DNA of 43,433 nt from an archaeon (GCA_024409165.1 JAKSUE010000001.1:1-43433), one strand, 5' to 3'. Positions 26,222 to 36,930 are shown, counted from the stretch's first letter. Notes: generated by a model from the sequence alone, not told the origin. Made by a program: numbers and translations.

Positions 26222-26378
26222 AATTATATTATATCACAAATATTAATTTTTTAAATGTGAAGTTTATATTTCAGTAATTAATTTTTTAAGATCTCTATTT
26301 CTTTTTTCACCATAACGTTTATGTTCATTAGGTCTTTCTTTTCTTCATTTTGTATTATCTTTATATGTTTTACTCATA

Positions 26379-26867
26379 TTATTTATCTTTATAAGCTATA
26401 TAACCTACTACTACTTTTTTAGGTGTATATTTCATACCTTGAAAATTTCCTTTTTTATCTTTGACAACTCCAGCAAATTTTCCAAATGGATGTGAATGTT
26501 CATCAAAAACTGTATTATCTTTGACAAAGACGGTATGACCTTCTTTATTAAGATTTGACTTTTTAAAAGCTACTATTATTCCAGATTTATGTTGTGCAGC
26601 CATTTCTGAAATTTCTTTTTCTGACATTGTTTTACGAACTTGTTCAATTGTTCCTCCAAGTTTTTTAACAGTATCAAAATAACCTTGTTCTGTCATTCCA
26701 ATTCCAGGTTTAAAATTTGGCGTATTTGATGTTGTTAATTTTTTTTCTGGAAATAATCTACTTAAAGCTTTAACGGTGCAGTCATTACAAACTTGTTGTT
26801 TTGTTGCATCAAAAGTATTTTCAAATTTAGTAGTAAATCCTACATATTTATTTTTTATTTGTTTCAT
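26379..26867 (-). CDS. Putative papain/C39-like cysteine peptidase-fold protein (162 aa)
   Basis: NDCTVKALS ... GHTVFVKD..VFD gives Cys-His-Asp order; TGTTATAAT promoter directly upstream, so possibly leaderless. Confidence 0.5.
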   Translation of the reverse strand: MKQIKNKYVGFTTKFENTFDATKQQVCNDCTVKALSRLFPEKKLTTSNTPNFKPGIGMTEQGYFDTVKKLGGTIEQVRKTMSEKEISEMAAQHKSGIIVAFKKSNLNKEGHTVFVKDNTVFDEHSHPFGKFAGVVKDKKGNFQGMKYTPKKVVVGYIAYKDK

Positions 26868-27562
26868 ACTATATTATTATAACACAAATTTATCATAAAA
26901 TAATAGTTAGTTAACGGTCGTTGAAATGTATCAATTATAACGCGAAGCGGGTTGGTAGATCTTGGGAAAATTGGATATAACTTTTTCGAACCATCTAAGA
27001 ATTTCCATAAGTAACTTTTTAAAATGTATAGTTCATTTTCCCAAATTCTTCATAAAATTGATATGAAGCCTAACAAATTGATGGCGTGATGTTAAATCTC
27101 CCTTGGTATTATATATTTTTGATGCCCAAATTTACGGGCCAGTCTAATTGGCACAATTATTTAAAATTTTTGATCTTGTCCATGCACACTTTTTAGTACA
27201 TTTTCCCAAGAATATTACGCCGATCCGACTCAATGATGATTTTTTTTAAGCTATCAATATATTGATACGCGCATGCGTAGACCCGAGCGTAGGCCAGGAC
27301 GTAGTTTTTTTCTTTTACTTAACATCTTTGATAGGCGCGGAGATATATAGTATTATACATTTTATATCACCCTGTGTGGAAGGCAACGGGCGTTCAAGAA
27401 ACACCGCCGCCAGGACCCTATTAGCTAGTCAAAAAAACTAAAAGGACGCGGAGCCTTAAACTTACATTTGCATCCTATACCCCAATAAGGGCCGGGAGGG
27501 GACCGACCGAGAGGAGAGGAAAAAAATGATAAAGATGGGGGGAGGGGCTATTTTTCCCCACC

Positions 27563-27585
27563 AAAAAGGAGTCGTGTGGGCTCCT
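27563..27585 (-). terminator. Terminator of the isolated 98-aa gene
   Basis: AGGAG-loop-CTCCT-TTTT on the minus strand. Confidence 0.7.
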
Positions 27586-27610
27586 ACTTTGGGTGATGAA
27601 GGCGACGGCC

Positions 27611-27907
27611 TTATTCTTGGTCGTCTACTGGTTCATCTTCTTCGTCGATCTTAGCGTCTCACTCTTCAGCTATTTTTTCATACGCTGCGATCATTGCTTC
27701 TAACTTAGCGTGGATTTGATTTTGAAGTTCACTGCATTCAGTGATAAGTTTGCTGTCAAGTTCTAGCGCTTCAGCTTTTTCTTTGATGCCAGCGAATCAT
27801 TGGTCTAGCACCTTAGATTCTCATACGCAGTGTTTCTTACTACGATCGATGATTGTGTTTAGTTTTGCATATTTTGCCATTTTTTGGCTTTTTGTGATTT
27901 TTGCCAT
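27611..27907 (-). CDS. Helical protein with acidic C-terminus (98 aa), stand-alone transcription unit
   Basis: GAAAGGA RBS; MAKITKSQKMAKYAK...EEWDAKIDEEDEPVDDQE; three TGA-Trp codons hide it from the track. Confidence 0.85.
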
Positions 27908-27940
27908 AATACTTTAATATCCTTTCTTTTATGACTTTTA

Positions 27941-28100
27941 TATATAACTATTATACCACATTGTTTTTAATTTTGAGCATTTTTTTATAAAAATTTTTGT
28001 TTGCCGTTTTTATATTTTATTATGCTTATGTGCTACTTTAATTATATATATCTATTATACCATATTATTTATAAAAAAGCGCATTTATTTTTATAAAAAT
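27941..28100 (-). promoter_or_regulatory. Tandem duplicated extended -10 promoters (TGGTATAAT at 27950-27958 and 28054-28062)
   Basis: Two imperfect ~55-bp direct repeats, each TTTTTATAAAAA...AATGC...TGGTATAATAG.TATATA. Confidence 0.75.
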
Positions 28101-28712
28101 TACAGTCCTGTAGGGGCCGGGTGCGCGTCGATTATCAATAAAGTAGGCGGGTGCAGGCAAGCGGGTAGGTACAGCGGCTGCTTACGGTACGTGGTCTATA
28201 ATAATTTTCTTAGAGAACTGCTGCTGAGGAGGGGTGATTTTCCAGATATTACCAGAAAGTCGTCGGGACACGGCAGCAGAGCATTTCCGGGCAGGGGCGG
28301 GTGCTAACGTTTGGGAAAATGTACTATTTTTTAGGCAAGACGTGGGGACACCGTGTTGGGTTTTGGGAAGAAATTTCATCGGAAACGTACTTACGCCGCT
28401 GCGCCCGTTGTATCTATGACGAAAAAGGACACTGTAACGATCAAAATTGGCTGTTTTTATCAAATATGTCATTGGGACGATGTCCCGTTCACAACTTTTT
28501 GGGAAAATGACCTAACGAAAAAAAACTTACTTATGGATGACTTATAGAAGATTTCTACTATAGTTCATTTTCCCTGGGCTATTAGCTCTCTTTGATCGTC
28601 TCCGACAGCGTCTAAAATGTTTCATTGTACAACATAACGATTGCTCACAGCATCATCACTGAGTATATAATATAAATAGATAAAATGAAAGAAGAAAGGA
28701 AATCGCACTACC

Positions 28713-29087
28713 GTGACAATTGATAAACAAACACTTCAAGCTTTCAGAATAGATTTCAAGGAAGCAATGAAGGAATTAGAGACAAAATATAATATTACCG
28801 TGAATTTAGGCAATATTTCATATACTAATAGAGAATTTAGTGGAAAAATCAACTGCTATTCTAATGATGAAAACGCCAAAAATACAGTAAATAATATGCT
28901 AAAAGCAGATGGAGCAAAGTTTAAACTTGGCGACAAGTTCGTTTACAAAAACGCGGAATTTGAAATTGTATCCGTAGATTATAAAAAGAGAAGAATGCCA
29001 GTTGTATTAAAAAATACACAAACGGGAAATAATGCAAACGCATCAATAGATTTTGTAAATAGCTTTTTTAACAATTCGGCAAATTAA
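28713..29087 (+). CDS. Early hypothetical protein (124 aa), possible SH3-like C-terminus
   Basis: GAAAGGA RBS, GTG start, upstream TATAAT. Confidence 0.75.
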   Translation: MTIDKQTLQAFRIDFKEAMKELETKYNITVNLGNISYTNREFSGKINCYSNDENAKNTVNNMLKADGAKFKLGDKFVYKNAEFEIVSVDYKKRRMPVVLKNTQTGNNANASIDFVNSFFNNSAN

Positions 29088-29146
29088 TTTTATAAAAAAT
29101 GAATACTGTTTATATAATAAATATATATAAAGAAAGGAAACCATAA

Positions 29147-30481
29147 ATGACAAAACAAAAATTCGCCATTCAAAAAATTGAAGGTTATGTATCTAACGAC
29201 TGATATGAACAAAATTATCTTAGATATAGAGCAGGAAGTAGACTTGATAATGATTTACAAGCTACTAAATTAAAAGTTGACAAAATCAAAATGTTAAACG
29301 ACGTTTTAGAAGATTATTCTTCTACAAATAATGATGAAACAAACTGATTTTGACCAATTTTATATAATAATTGTCCTGAATCTTATTTAACAGAAAATTT
29401 TTGAAAATCACTATGATTAAAAATATTGAATGTATTAAATGATTATTCTGATAGAAAAATTCCTAGAGTAGTTATTACTATTCTAAGAAAATTTAACTGA
29501 AGATTTCGTCAATATTCAAATTACTGTACTCAAAATGATTTGCTTGAACCAATAATCGGACAATTTGATCCATCAGTTTTAAGCAATAGTGTAAAAACAG
29601 CAATTACACAATCATTTAATGAAATAATTGCAATAATTAAAAATAAATTTGAAACATTACCGAAATTTTATAGACCAAATGAATACGGAGTATGAAATAA
29701 TACATTAAGTCCTGAATGACCAAAATTTGGTTATAATTCACATAGACGCATAACAGTAACTCCATTAGTAGAAAATTCAAATGTTATGAAATATGGAGCA
29801 GAATTAGAAGGCGTAATGAGTAATTCAGATTATCAAAATGCTTGTACAGAAATGTCAAAAACACCATTTGAAGGTGGATTTATCTTAGACAAAAGAAATT
29901 TAATTATGGGTACAGAAGATGGTTCATTACCTAGAGATACTGGAGTAGAATGAGTATTTGCACCATTTTCAATTGCTAAAGGTAAAGAATTTTGAAAAAA
30001 AGTAGAAGAAATTTTAGAAAAACATCATTTTAAAAGAACTTGCAATGACTTTTGTTGAGGACTTCATATTCATTTAGATGCAGATAAATTTAAAAATAAA
30101 TCAGTAATTGAATCATTTATTAATAAAGTTTATTCATATCCTGCTTTTGAATTATACACTTTCTTTAAAAGAAATGCAAATACATATTGTAGTTGAGACA
30201 TTGATTCAGTTCGTTATTATGAAGAAAACTGAAAAGAATTACCAGGACAATTTACAAAAGATAATAAACAACTTGGTTATTTAGAAAAAAGTTTCAAATT
30301 AAGATGTAGTCGTTATAATTTAATTAATACTACAAATATTAAATGAATTGATTCTAATTCAGATAATGAAATTGAAAAAGGAACTGTAGAAGTTAGAGGT
30401 TTCTATGCAGTGGTTAAAATTATAGACGCTGTAAATATTATTAAAAACAAATTTTTAGAAGGAGTAATACAATGTGCGTAA
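29147..30481 (+). CDS. Putative amidoligase (COOH-NH2 ligase, glutamine-synthetase-like fold; 444 aa)
   Basis: YGAELEG, EDGSL, GVEWV, GLHIHL, RY..IN and TVEVRGF motifs. Confidence 0.85.
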
Positions 30482-31050
30482 TTGTTCACAATTGATTTAA
30501 CAAACCATTTAACAAACAAAGAATGGAAAATTTTTATAATCTTAATCACGATGGAACAGGATTATATTATTACAATGAAAATACAAATAAAACAGTAGTA
30601 AAAAAATGAGAAGGCAATGTTCCATTTAATCAAATATGACAAACTTTAAATTCATTGCATCATCATAAACAAATTCGAAATGTTGCAGTTCATTTTAGAT
30701 ATAGCACTTCTGGAGGAAAAGGTGAAAAACAAATTCATCCAATGAAAATGAGTAATGGAATATATTTAATGCACAACGGTGTATTACCGGCTTTTGAATT
30801 TGACACAAGAATAATGTCTGATACTCAATTATTAGCTTTTTGATTAGATAATGTATTTGACAAAAAATATATTAAAACTTTAGCAGAATTAAATTATTTA
30901 ACAGTAAATACTTTAGAACAAAGTGTATTAAATGGAAATAAGGTATTACTGTTACAAAAAGATAAATATATGATTTTTAATCAAGAGCTTGGTGAATGAA
31001 AAGATGATATATGATATTCTTGTAAATTATATTATGATACCTATGATTAA
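30472..31050 (+). CDS. Class II (Ntn) glutamine amidotransferase (192 aa)
   Basis: N-terminal MC, NHDGTG, HFRYSTSG, HP, HNGV and SDT motifs. Confidence 0.9.
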
Positions 31051-31361
31051 TCCGGTGATATCTGGTCATCACAGTTAATATATGTATATATTTATATATA
31101 AAATTAATAATGATGATTATATGATAAATAAAAAATACATTGAACCGTACATTTTTTATAAAAAATTATTAAAAACGATATATAATATAATTAATAATAT
31201 AAGAAAGGAAAATTAAAAATGACAATTAAAGAAATTAGAATTACAGATTTTGATTACGCTGATAATGAAATAAAAGTAGAATTTACAGGAAAAATGAATG
31301 ATTCTGCTAATTTTGTTATTGAATTAATTAATATATTAGAAAAATATACTGAGGTAAAATA

Positions 31362-31709
31362 ATGACATATCAAGAAGCATTTGATTATTATGATTATAAA
31401 AAAATAAATATATTAGGTCAAGTTTACACAATTATATTTACTAACAAAATAAATAAAGATTGTGATGCTGATTCTAATTGACGACACTACACCATTAATA
31501 TTAATAAAACTAATTGTGAAAAAGATTTTAGTGAAGGTTATTTTAAAGAATTATTAAGACACGAAATTATTCATTGCTTTATGAGAGAATCAGGATTAGA
31601 TATGCAAATAGAAGAAAACAAATCTTGGGTTCATAATGAAGGATTAATTGACTGATTATCTTTACAATGACCTAAAATAAATTTAACATTTGAAGAATTG
31701 TGTATAATA
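31362..31709 (+). CDS. HExxH zincin-like phage protein (115 aa)
   Basis: LLRHEIIHCFMRESGL...NEGLIDW. Confidence 0.7.
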
Positions 31710-31721
31710 TAAGGAGAAATA

Positions 31722-32225
31722 ATGACAAAAGGAATTAAAACATCATTACACGAAGTTAGACATGCAATTATAGCTGAATTGTTGGGCTATGAGGTGCAAT
31801 CAATAAATGTATTAGAAAGATTTAAAGGTTATACACGTTATAAAAAGAATCCAGAAAGTCAATTTATGCCAATGAAAGATATTTTCTTAATTGGAATAGC
31901 ACCTTACGTAAAAAGATTAATTGATATGCCAGAAAATGATTTTTTAGATGAATATTGAGATTTAATTTGTGGAGAACATATAATTTGAGCTTATAAACAC
32001 GCTAAAAAAGAAGGAATTTTATTTTGAATAGCAAGAGAATTAATGTTTGTTATATTATTAAATCATCAAATCATTGATTATTTAGTCAAATATCTTGATA
32101 GAGATGGAAAAGGAACACCAGCATCTATTGATAGAGATTTTTTTGAAAAAGCAATTGAAAAATATCCATTGCAAGGAATTAATACTATGAAAAGATTAAA
32201 AGAATGATTGGAGAATCATTGATAA
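31722..32225 (+). CDS. HExxH metallopeptidase-like protein (167 aa)
   Basis: LHEVRHAIIAELLG resembles M41/M50-type motifs. Confidence 0.55.
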
Positions 32226-32559
32226 TGAAAAAAATTAATGAAGAACAAATAAAAAAATTATTAAAATTAATATTAATAGATTTTGAATGTATGGAATATG
32301 ATTTACCTTGCGGTAAAGTTGAAGAAAATGCTCCATATTATGGAATTGATAAACAAAAAGAAAGAGCAGAAGAAATCTTAAAATTGATAAAATAAAAATG
32401 TGAGTTGGTAAATCTCACAAAAATAAAAATTACTTGAATTGTGTAATAATATAGAATACGCCCTTTCTTGTCTATAAAGTGAAGCAATCAAAATAACAGA
32501 CAAATATTTTTAATTTGTTATGTTATTCTTTTTATGCCTAAAAAAGGCGCCAAAAAATT

Positions 32560-33303
32560 ATGATAAAAATTACAGAATTAAATTTAAACATACCTAAAAA
32601 TTATAATTTGTATTTACCAAAATTAAATGATATTACAAATGGAGTAAATGAAGGAGAATTAGTTATTATTGCAGCTAGACCAGGTTGTGGTAAAACAAGT
32701 TTAATGGTTCATTTATCAGCTTATTTACAATTAATTGATAAAACAGAATTCTATTCATTAGAGATGACTAATTCTGAATTATTACTTCGTTTTAAAAAAT
32801 TATTTAAAATTAATAAATTAACAAATTTATGAGTATCAGATAAAAGTAATATTAAATTAAAAGACATTGAAAAATCTGACGCTAAATTTATATTTATTGA
32901 TTATTTTGATTTTATTGATGAAAATGTAAAAATAATTACACGGCAATTAAAAAGAATCGCAAAGAAAAATAAATGTGTAATATTTTTAGCCTGTCAATTA
33001 AACAGAATAGCTGAAAATAAAGAGCCAACTTTAGCAATGTTAAGAAATACCGGAAACATAGAACAAGATGCAGATCAAGTTTGATTTATAACCAAAGGTA
33101 GAATAATTGTTGCTAAAAATAGAAAATATAAAACGGGAACAGTTTATGTAATATTTAATAATTTATCATTTAGTGAAAACACTGAAATATATAAAAAAAT
33201 ACAGTGAATTCAAGATAATTACGAAAAAATATTAAATTCAGACGATATAGAAATGCTGAAAGACTTTAAAGAATACATTGATGAATTAAAAGAAAATCTA
33301 TAA
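32560..33303 (+). CDS. DnaB-like SF4 helicase ATPase domain only (247 aa)
   Basis: AARPGCGKT, SLEM, IDY, QLNR, GNIEQDAD and AKNR motifs; no N-terminal DnaB domain. Confidence 0.9.
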
Positions 33304-34216
33304 TTAAAGTTAATCCGGTGATATCTGATGATAACTGTAAACAAACGTATATAATTATATAAAGGAGATAATTAAAATGAATAAAAAATACATATATGAT
33401 AATGTTATGATAGCTGTTTCTACAGCAACTAAAAATACATTAAAGAAAGTAAAACAAAATAATTGTTTAAAAAATATGGATGACACAATTAAATTTATTT
33501 TGTCTGAAGCAAAGGTAATCTAATGAATTTGAATAAATTAATATGAGATGAAAATACTTCTTATTCAGATAAAATTACTGCAGTTAGACATAAATTATTT
33601 GAAGTAGAAAAATCAAAAAGTAATAATAAATTACTCACTTTTGATATATATTATAATTTTCCTGAAACTTTAGAATTTGAAACTCCGAATAATCAATGAA
33701 AATATCTTAAATTAGCAGAACAAATTTTGCAAATAACCAAAAGATGAGATAAAAAATATATGATAGATGTTTCGTTGCAAGAATCTGGAACATTATTTAG
33801 AAGATTTTTTGCAAGAACACTTTCTAATTCGGTTTTTATGTCTAGAAATATGGGAATAAATACATATAATAGAGAATTATATACATATAAATTATTTATA
33901 ATTTGAGCAGATAAATTGGCCGCTAATAAATTAATAACTCATCAAAAATACAATATGTTTATGAATTTTTTAGCTGAACGGACAAAAACAATTCACGAAA
34001 GAGATAAAATATTGTATAATACTAATAATTATGGAAAATAACGAAATTTATGGAGTTCAAAAGAAACCAATTTTAATACAAGTTGGTAGAGATGTTTCTC
34101 TCCATTTAACAAAAAAAGAAAATTTCTCAAATAATCGCGATTACTTGGGACATGACAATAATGATGTACCAGTATTCAGAAATGAAAAATTAAATAATAA
34201 GGAAATTAAAAATATA

Positions 34217-34903
34217 ATGGAAAATAATGACATTAAAAAATTAAACGACGGTAATTATGAAGCTATCGTTAGACAAGTATATAATAAAGATAAAGAAAAC
34301 GGTAAAAAAATTGTATTGATGGAATTAGACGTTAAAGGTCAAAATGATTATCAATATATTACATTCTTTATTGAAGGATACAGTCAAAAATCTCAAGAAA
34401 TTTCAATGGCAAGAATGGATGAAATTAAAAAGAAATTTGAAATTGAAATTATTGAACAAATGGAAGGAAAAGAAGTAACATTAACAGTAAAAACAAATGA
34501 AAATGGATTTACTAATATGTATCTTTCTCCTAAACGTGAATTTTATGATTGAACAAAAGAACTTAAACACGACGGTGAAGCAAAGTTTGATTGTTTAGTT
34601 AAGAAATTTTATAAGACAATGAAAGGAAATAAATACAACTTTATTGTTGAAATCAATATTGACGGTAAAATTGTTACTGAATTTGTTTTATACGATTTAG
34701 ATTTTATATATAATAACGAAAAAGTTGGACAAATGAGTTTTGAAAGAGCACTTAATAAATTAGGAGTTACAGCAGATCAAGAAGATGTAGACATTAATAA
34801 GCCTGCAAAATTGATTGTTAAACGTATAACTAAAGGTGATAAAGTATTCTTTAATAAGAAACTTGCTTGAGATAAACCAACTAAGGAACATTATTGAAAG
34901 TAA
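34217..34903 (+). CDS. Putative ssDNA-binding protein, DUF669-like (228 aa; alternative in-frame start at 34031)
   Basis: LNDGNYEAIV...EGKEVTLTVKTNENGFTN pattern; the second half looks like a second similar domain. Confidence 0.5.
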
Positions 34904-35056
34904 GGAGAAAGTATGAAAAATAATTCACATCATAAATACGTATATAAAAAACTCTTTAAAAAATATTTTGCTTCTACAAAATATGAATTAATGGATATTT
35001 TAGATTACGAAGGAATATCTTATAATCCACAAAAAATTAAGAAGTTATATTAAAAA

Positions 35057-35512
35057 ATGGAAAAACATGAATTAATAGATCCTACTTGATTAACTGATTG
35101 TAAAGCAGTGATTAAACAAATGTCTCCTGAGGAAAAAGCCATTGCATTATTTGCGTGTAAACAAGTCAGTGATAAACTTGAACCTGAAATAAAAAAGGCT
35201 TTATTAGAAGGAACAATTGAAAAATTTGAATTTATTTATAATGGAACTCCTACTATAATCACAATTTCAAGAGGAAAAGAAACTTTAAAAGAAGTGGAAA
35301 ATAAAGTTATTGATTATGACAAAGCAATTGCTTTTGCTAAAGAACATAATTTTGAAATACCAATGACTCCACCAATTCCACCGCAAATTGACAAGATTAA
35401 ATTGGAAAATATGACTTGATTTCAAGATAATTGCCAACAATTTGTGACTAAAATAAAAGAAACGAAAAAAACAAAATCTTATGATAGATTTATAATTAAG
35501 GAAAAGAAATAA
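35057..35512 (+). CDS. Hypothetical protein (151 aa)
   Basis: Track ORF extended through TGA at both ends. Confidence 0.6.
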
Positions 35513-35736
35513 TGAAAAATGTTAAAAAAATGTCAAATTCTGGTTTATATAAAAGAATGAAATCTGCAAGTAGAGATTATGATATTGCAGAAGAACGACA
35601 GACGTATTTAACCGGATATATCTTTAAAAAACAATTACAAAATCAAGCGAATGACGCTGAAATAAGATATCATGAAGCTAGACAAGAATTGTTTAATAGA
35701 CAAGATAAAAAAAGACAAAGAAAAAACAAAAGATAG
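35512..35736 (+). CDS. Basic hypothetical protein (74 aa)
   Basis: ORF track; TAATG coupling. Confidence 0.6.
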   Translation: MKNVKKMSNSGLYKRMKSASRDYDIAEERQTYLTGYIFKKQLQNQANDAEIRYHEARQELFNRQDKKRQRKNKR

Positions 35737-35757
35737 GCCAAACGGCTTATTTTTTAT
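35733..35757 (+). terminator. Intrinsic terminator, followed by a TATAAT promoter for the modification operon
   Basis: ATAGGCC-AAAC-GGCTTAT-TTTTT; TATAAT at ~35778-35783. Confidence 0.65.
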
Positions 35758-35803
35758 TTTCTTTTAGATTATTTGAGATATAATAAAATATGAAAGGAAA
35801 TTT

Positions 35804-36523
35804 ATGACATTAATAGAAAAAGAAACCATAATGGATGTTTATGATAGTTTAGTAGATAAATTATTAAAAGCACCAATTGTCGGAAATACAAAAGAACTTA
35901 ATAATTGTTGTTTAATAGTTAACAATCCATCTTTAGAAAATATTCAATTTGCACCAAAAAACACAAGCTTAAAATATGCAGATGCCGAATTAAAATGATA
36001 TTGATCAGGTTCAAATTCTTGCAAGGAAATTGGTCAATATGCTAAAATGTGATTAGAATTAAGTGATGATGGAGAAACTAATAATTCAGCTTATGGATAT
36101 ATATTATTTAAGAAATATAAGTTTAATCAATTAGAACAAATCATTAAGTTGTTGAAAAAAGATAAAAATACAAGAAGAGCCGTATTAAACATATCAGATC
36201 CAACAATTGATCGTATTAATACTAAAGATATGCAATGTACAATTGCTTTACAATTTTTAATTCGTAATGGTAATTTAGAAGAAACTGTATATATGAGAAG
36301 TAATGATATAAATTTTGGATTACCTTATGATTACATTTTCTTTGTTAGCATTGGAAAATATATAGCTAAACGTTTAGGAATTAAATTAAGTAAATACACA
36401 CATCATGCTACTTCATTACACATGTATTTAAGAGATGAACCTAAATTTAGAAGTATTAATGTTTCACAACCATTTACAATTGACTGAGAAAAATATATAA
36501 AAGAATATTATGAAAAAATTTAG
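35804..36523 (+). CDS. Thymidylate-synthase-fold enzyme, dCMP hydroxymethylase-like (T4 gp42-like; 239 aa)
   Basis: ELKWYWSG, NSAYG, TRRA, DMQCT (catalytic Cys), MRSND and SLHMY motifs. GLPYD has Asp at the pyrimidine-specificity site, where dUMP-specific ThyA has Asn. Confidence 0.85.
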
Positions 36524-36929
36524 TCATATCATATTAGAAGGAGTAGACGGCATAGGAAAAAATACTCTAATGAATTTGTTATGACCTCATTTTCACGGTG
36601 AAAAACATGTTTATTGTCGTGGAGATATATCAAATTGAGTATATGCGCAGAAATATGGAAGAAAGTTTATTCCTATTCAAAAAGATTTAGACTTTTTATA
36701 TATTATATTAATTGGACCGACAGAAAGAATAAAAAAACAAATAAAATCAAGACCATATGATAATGATGAAAATGAACTAAATAAAATATCCGATCAAAAA
36801 ATATTTATTGATGCGTATAATGAATTAAAAGATATATATAATATAATTTTAATAGATATCCGGTGATTAGAGAGCACTCAGATTATTAATTTAATATTAA
36901 ATTATATAAATAAAAAGGAGAATGAATAG
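36510..36929 (+). CDS. P-loop nucleotide monophosphate kinase-like protein 1 (139 aa)
   Basis: IILEGVDGIGKNT; CRGDISNWVY in place of DRxxxSxxxY. Confidence 0.75.
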
Positions 36930-36930
36930 A

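Larger units (their letters stand above)
26961..28574. repeat. Nested inverted-repeat system built on a GGGAAAATGwACTA-like motif
   Basis: Perfect 16-bp IR at 27194-27209 / 28311-28326; imperfect ~80-bp inverted units at 26961-27045 / 28498-28574 that share an 11-bp core. Confidence 0.85.

Noticed and set aside
28182-28547. Four overlapping track ORFs in the GC-rich region
   Set aside because: No convincing RBS, atypical composition and mutual overlap; likely a by-product of higher GC.
26961-28574. CRISPR mini-array, or IS/transposon ends
   Set aside because: The repeats are in mixed orientation and irregularly spaced, and no cas gene or transposase was recognised.
35804-36523. Ordinary thymidylate synthase (thyA)
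   Set aside because: Asp replaces the dUMP-specifying Asn, the NSAYG and DMQCT motifs are gp42-like, and an Agt-like gene shares the operon.
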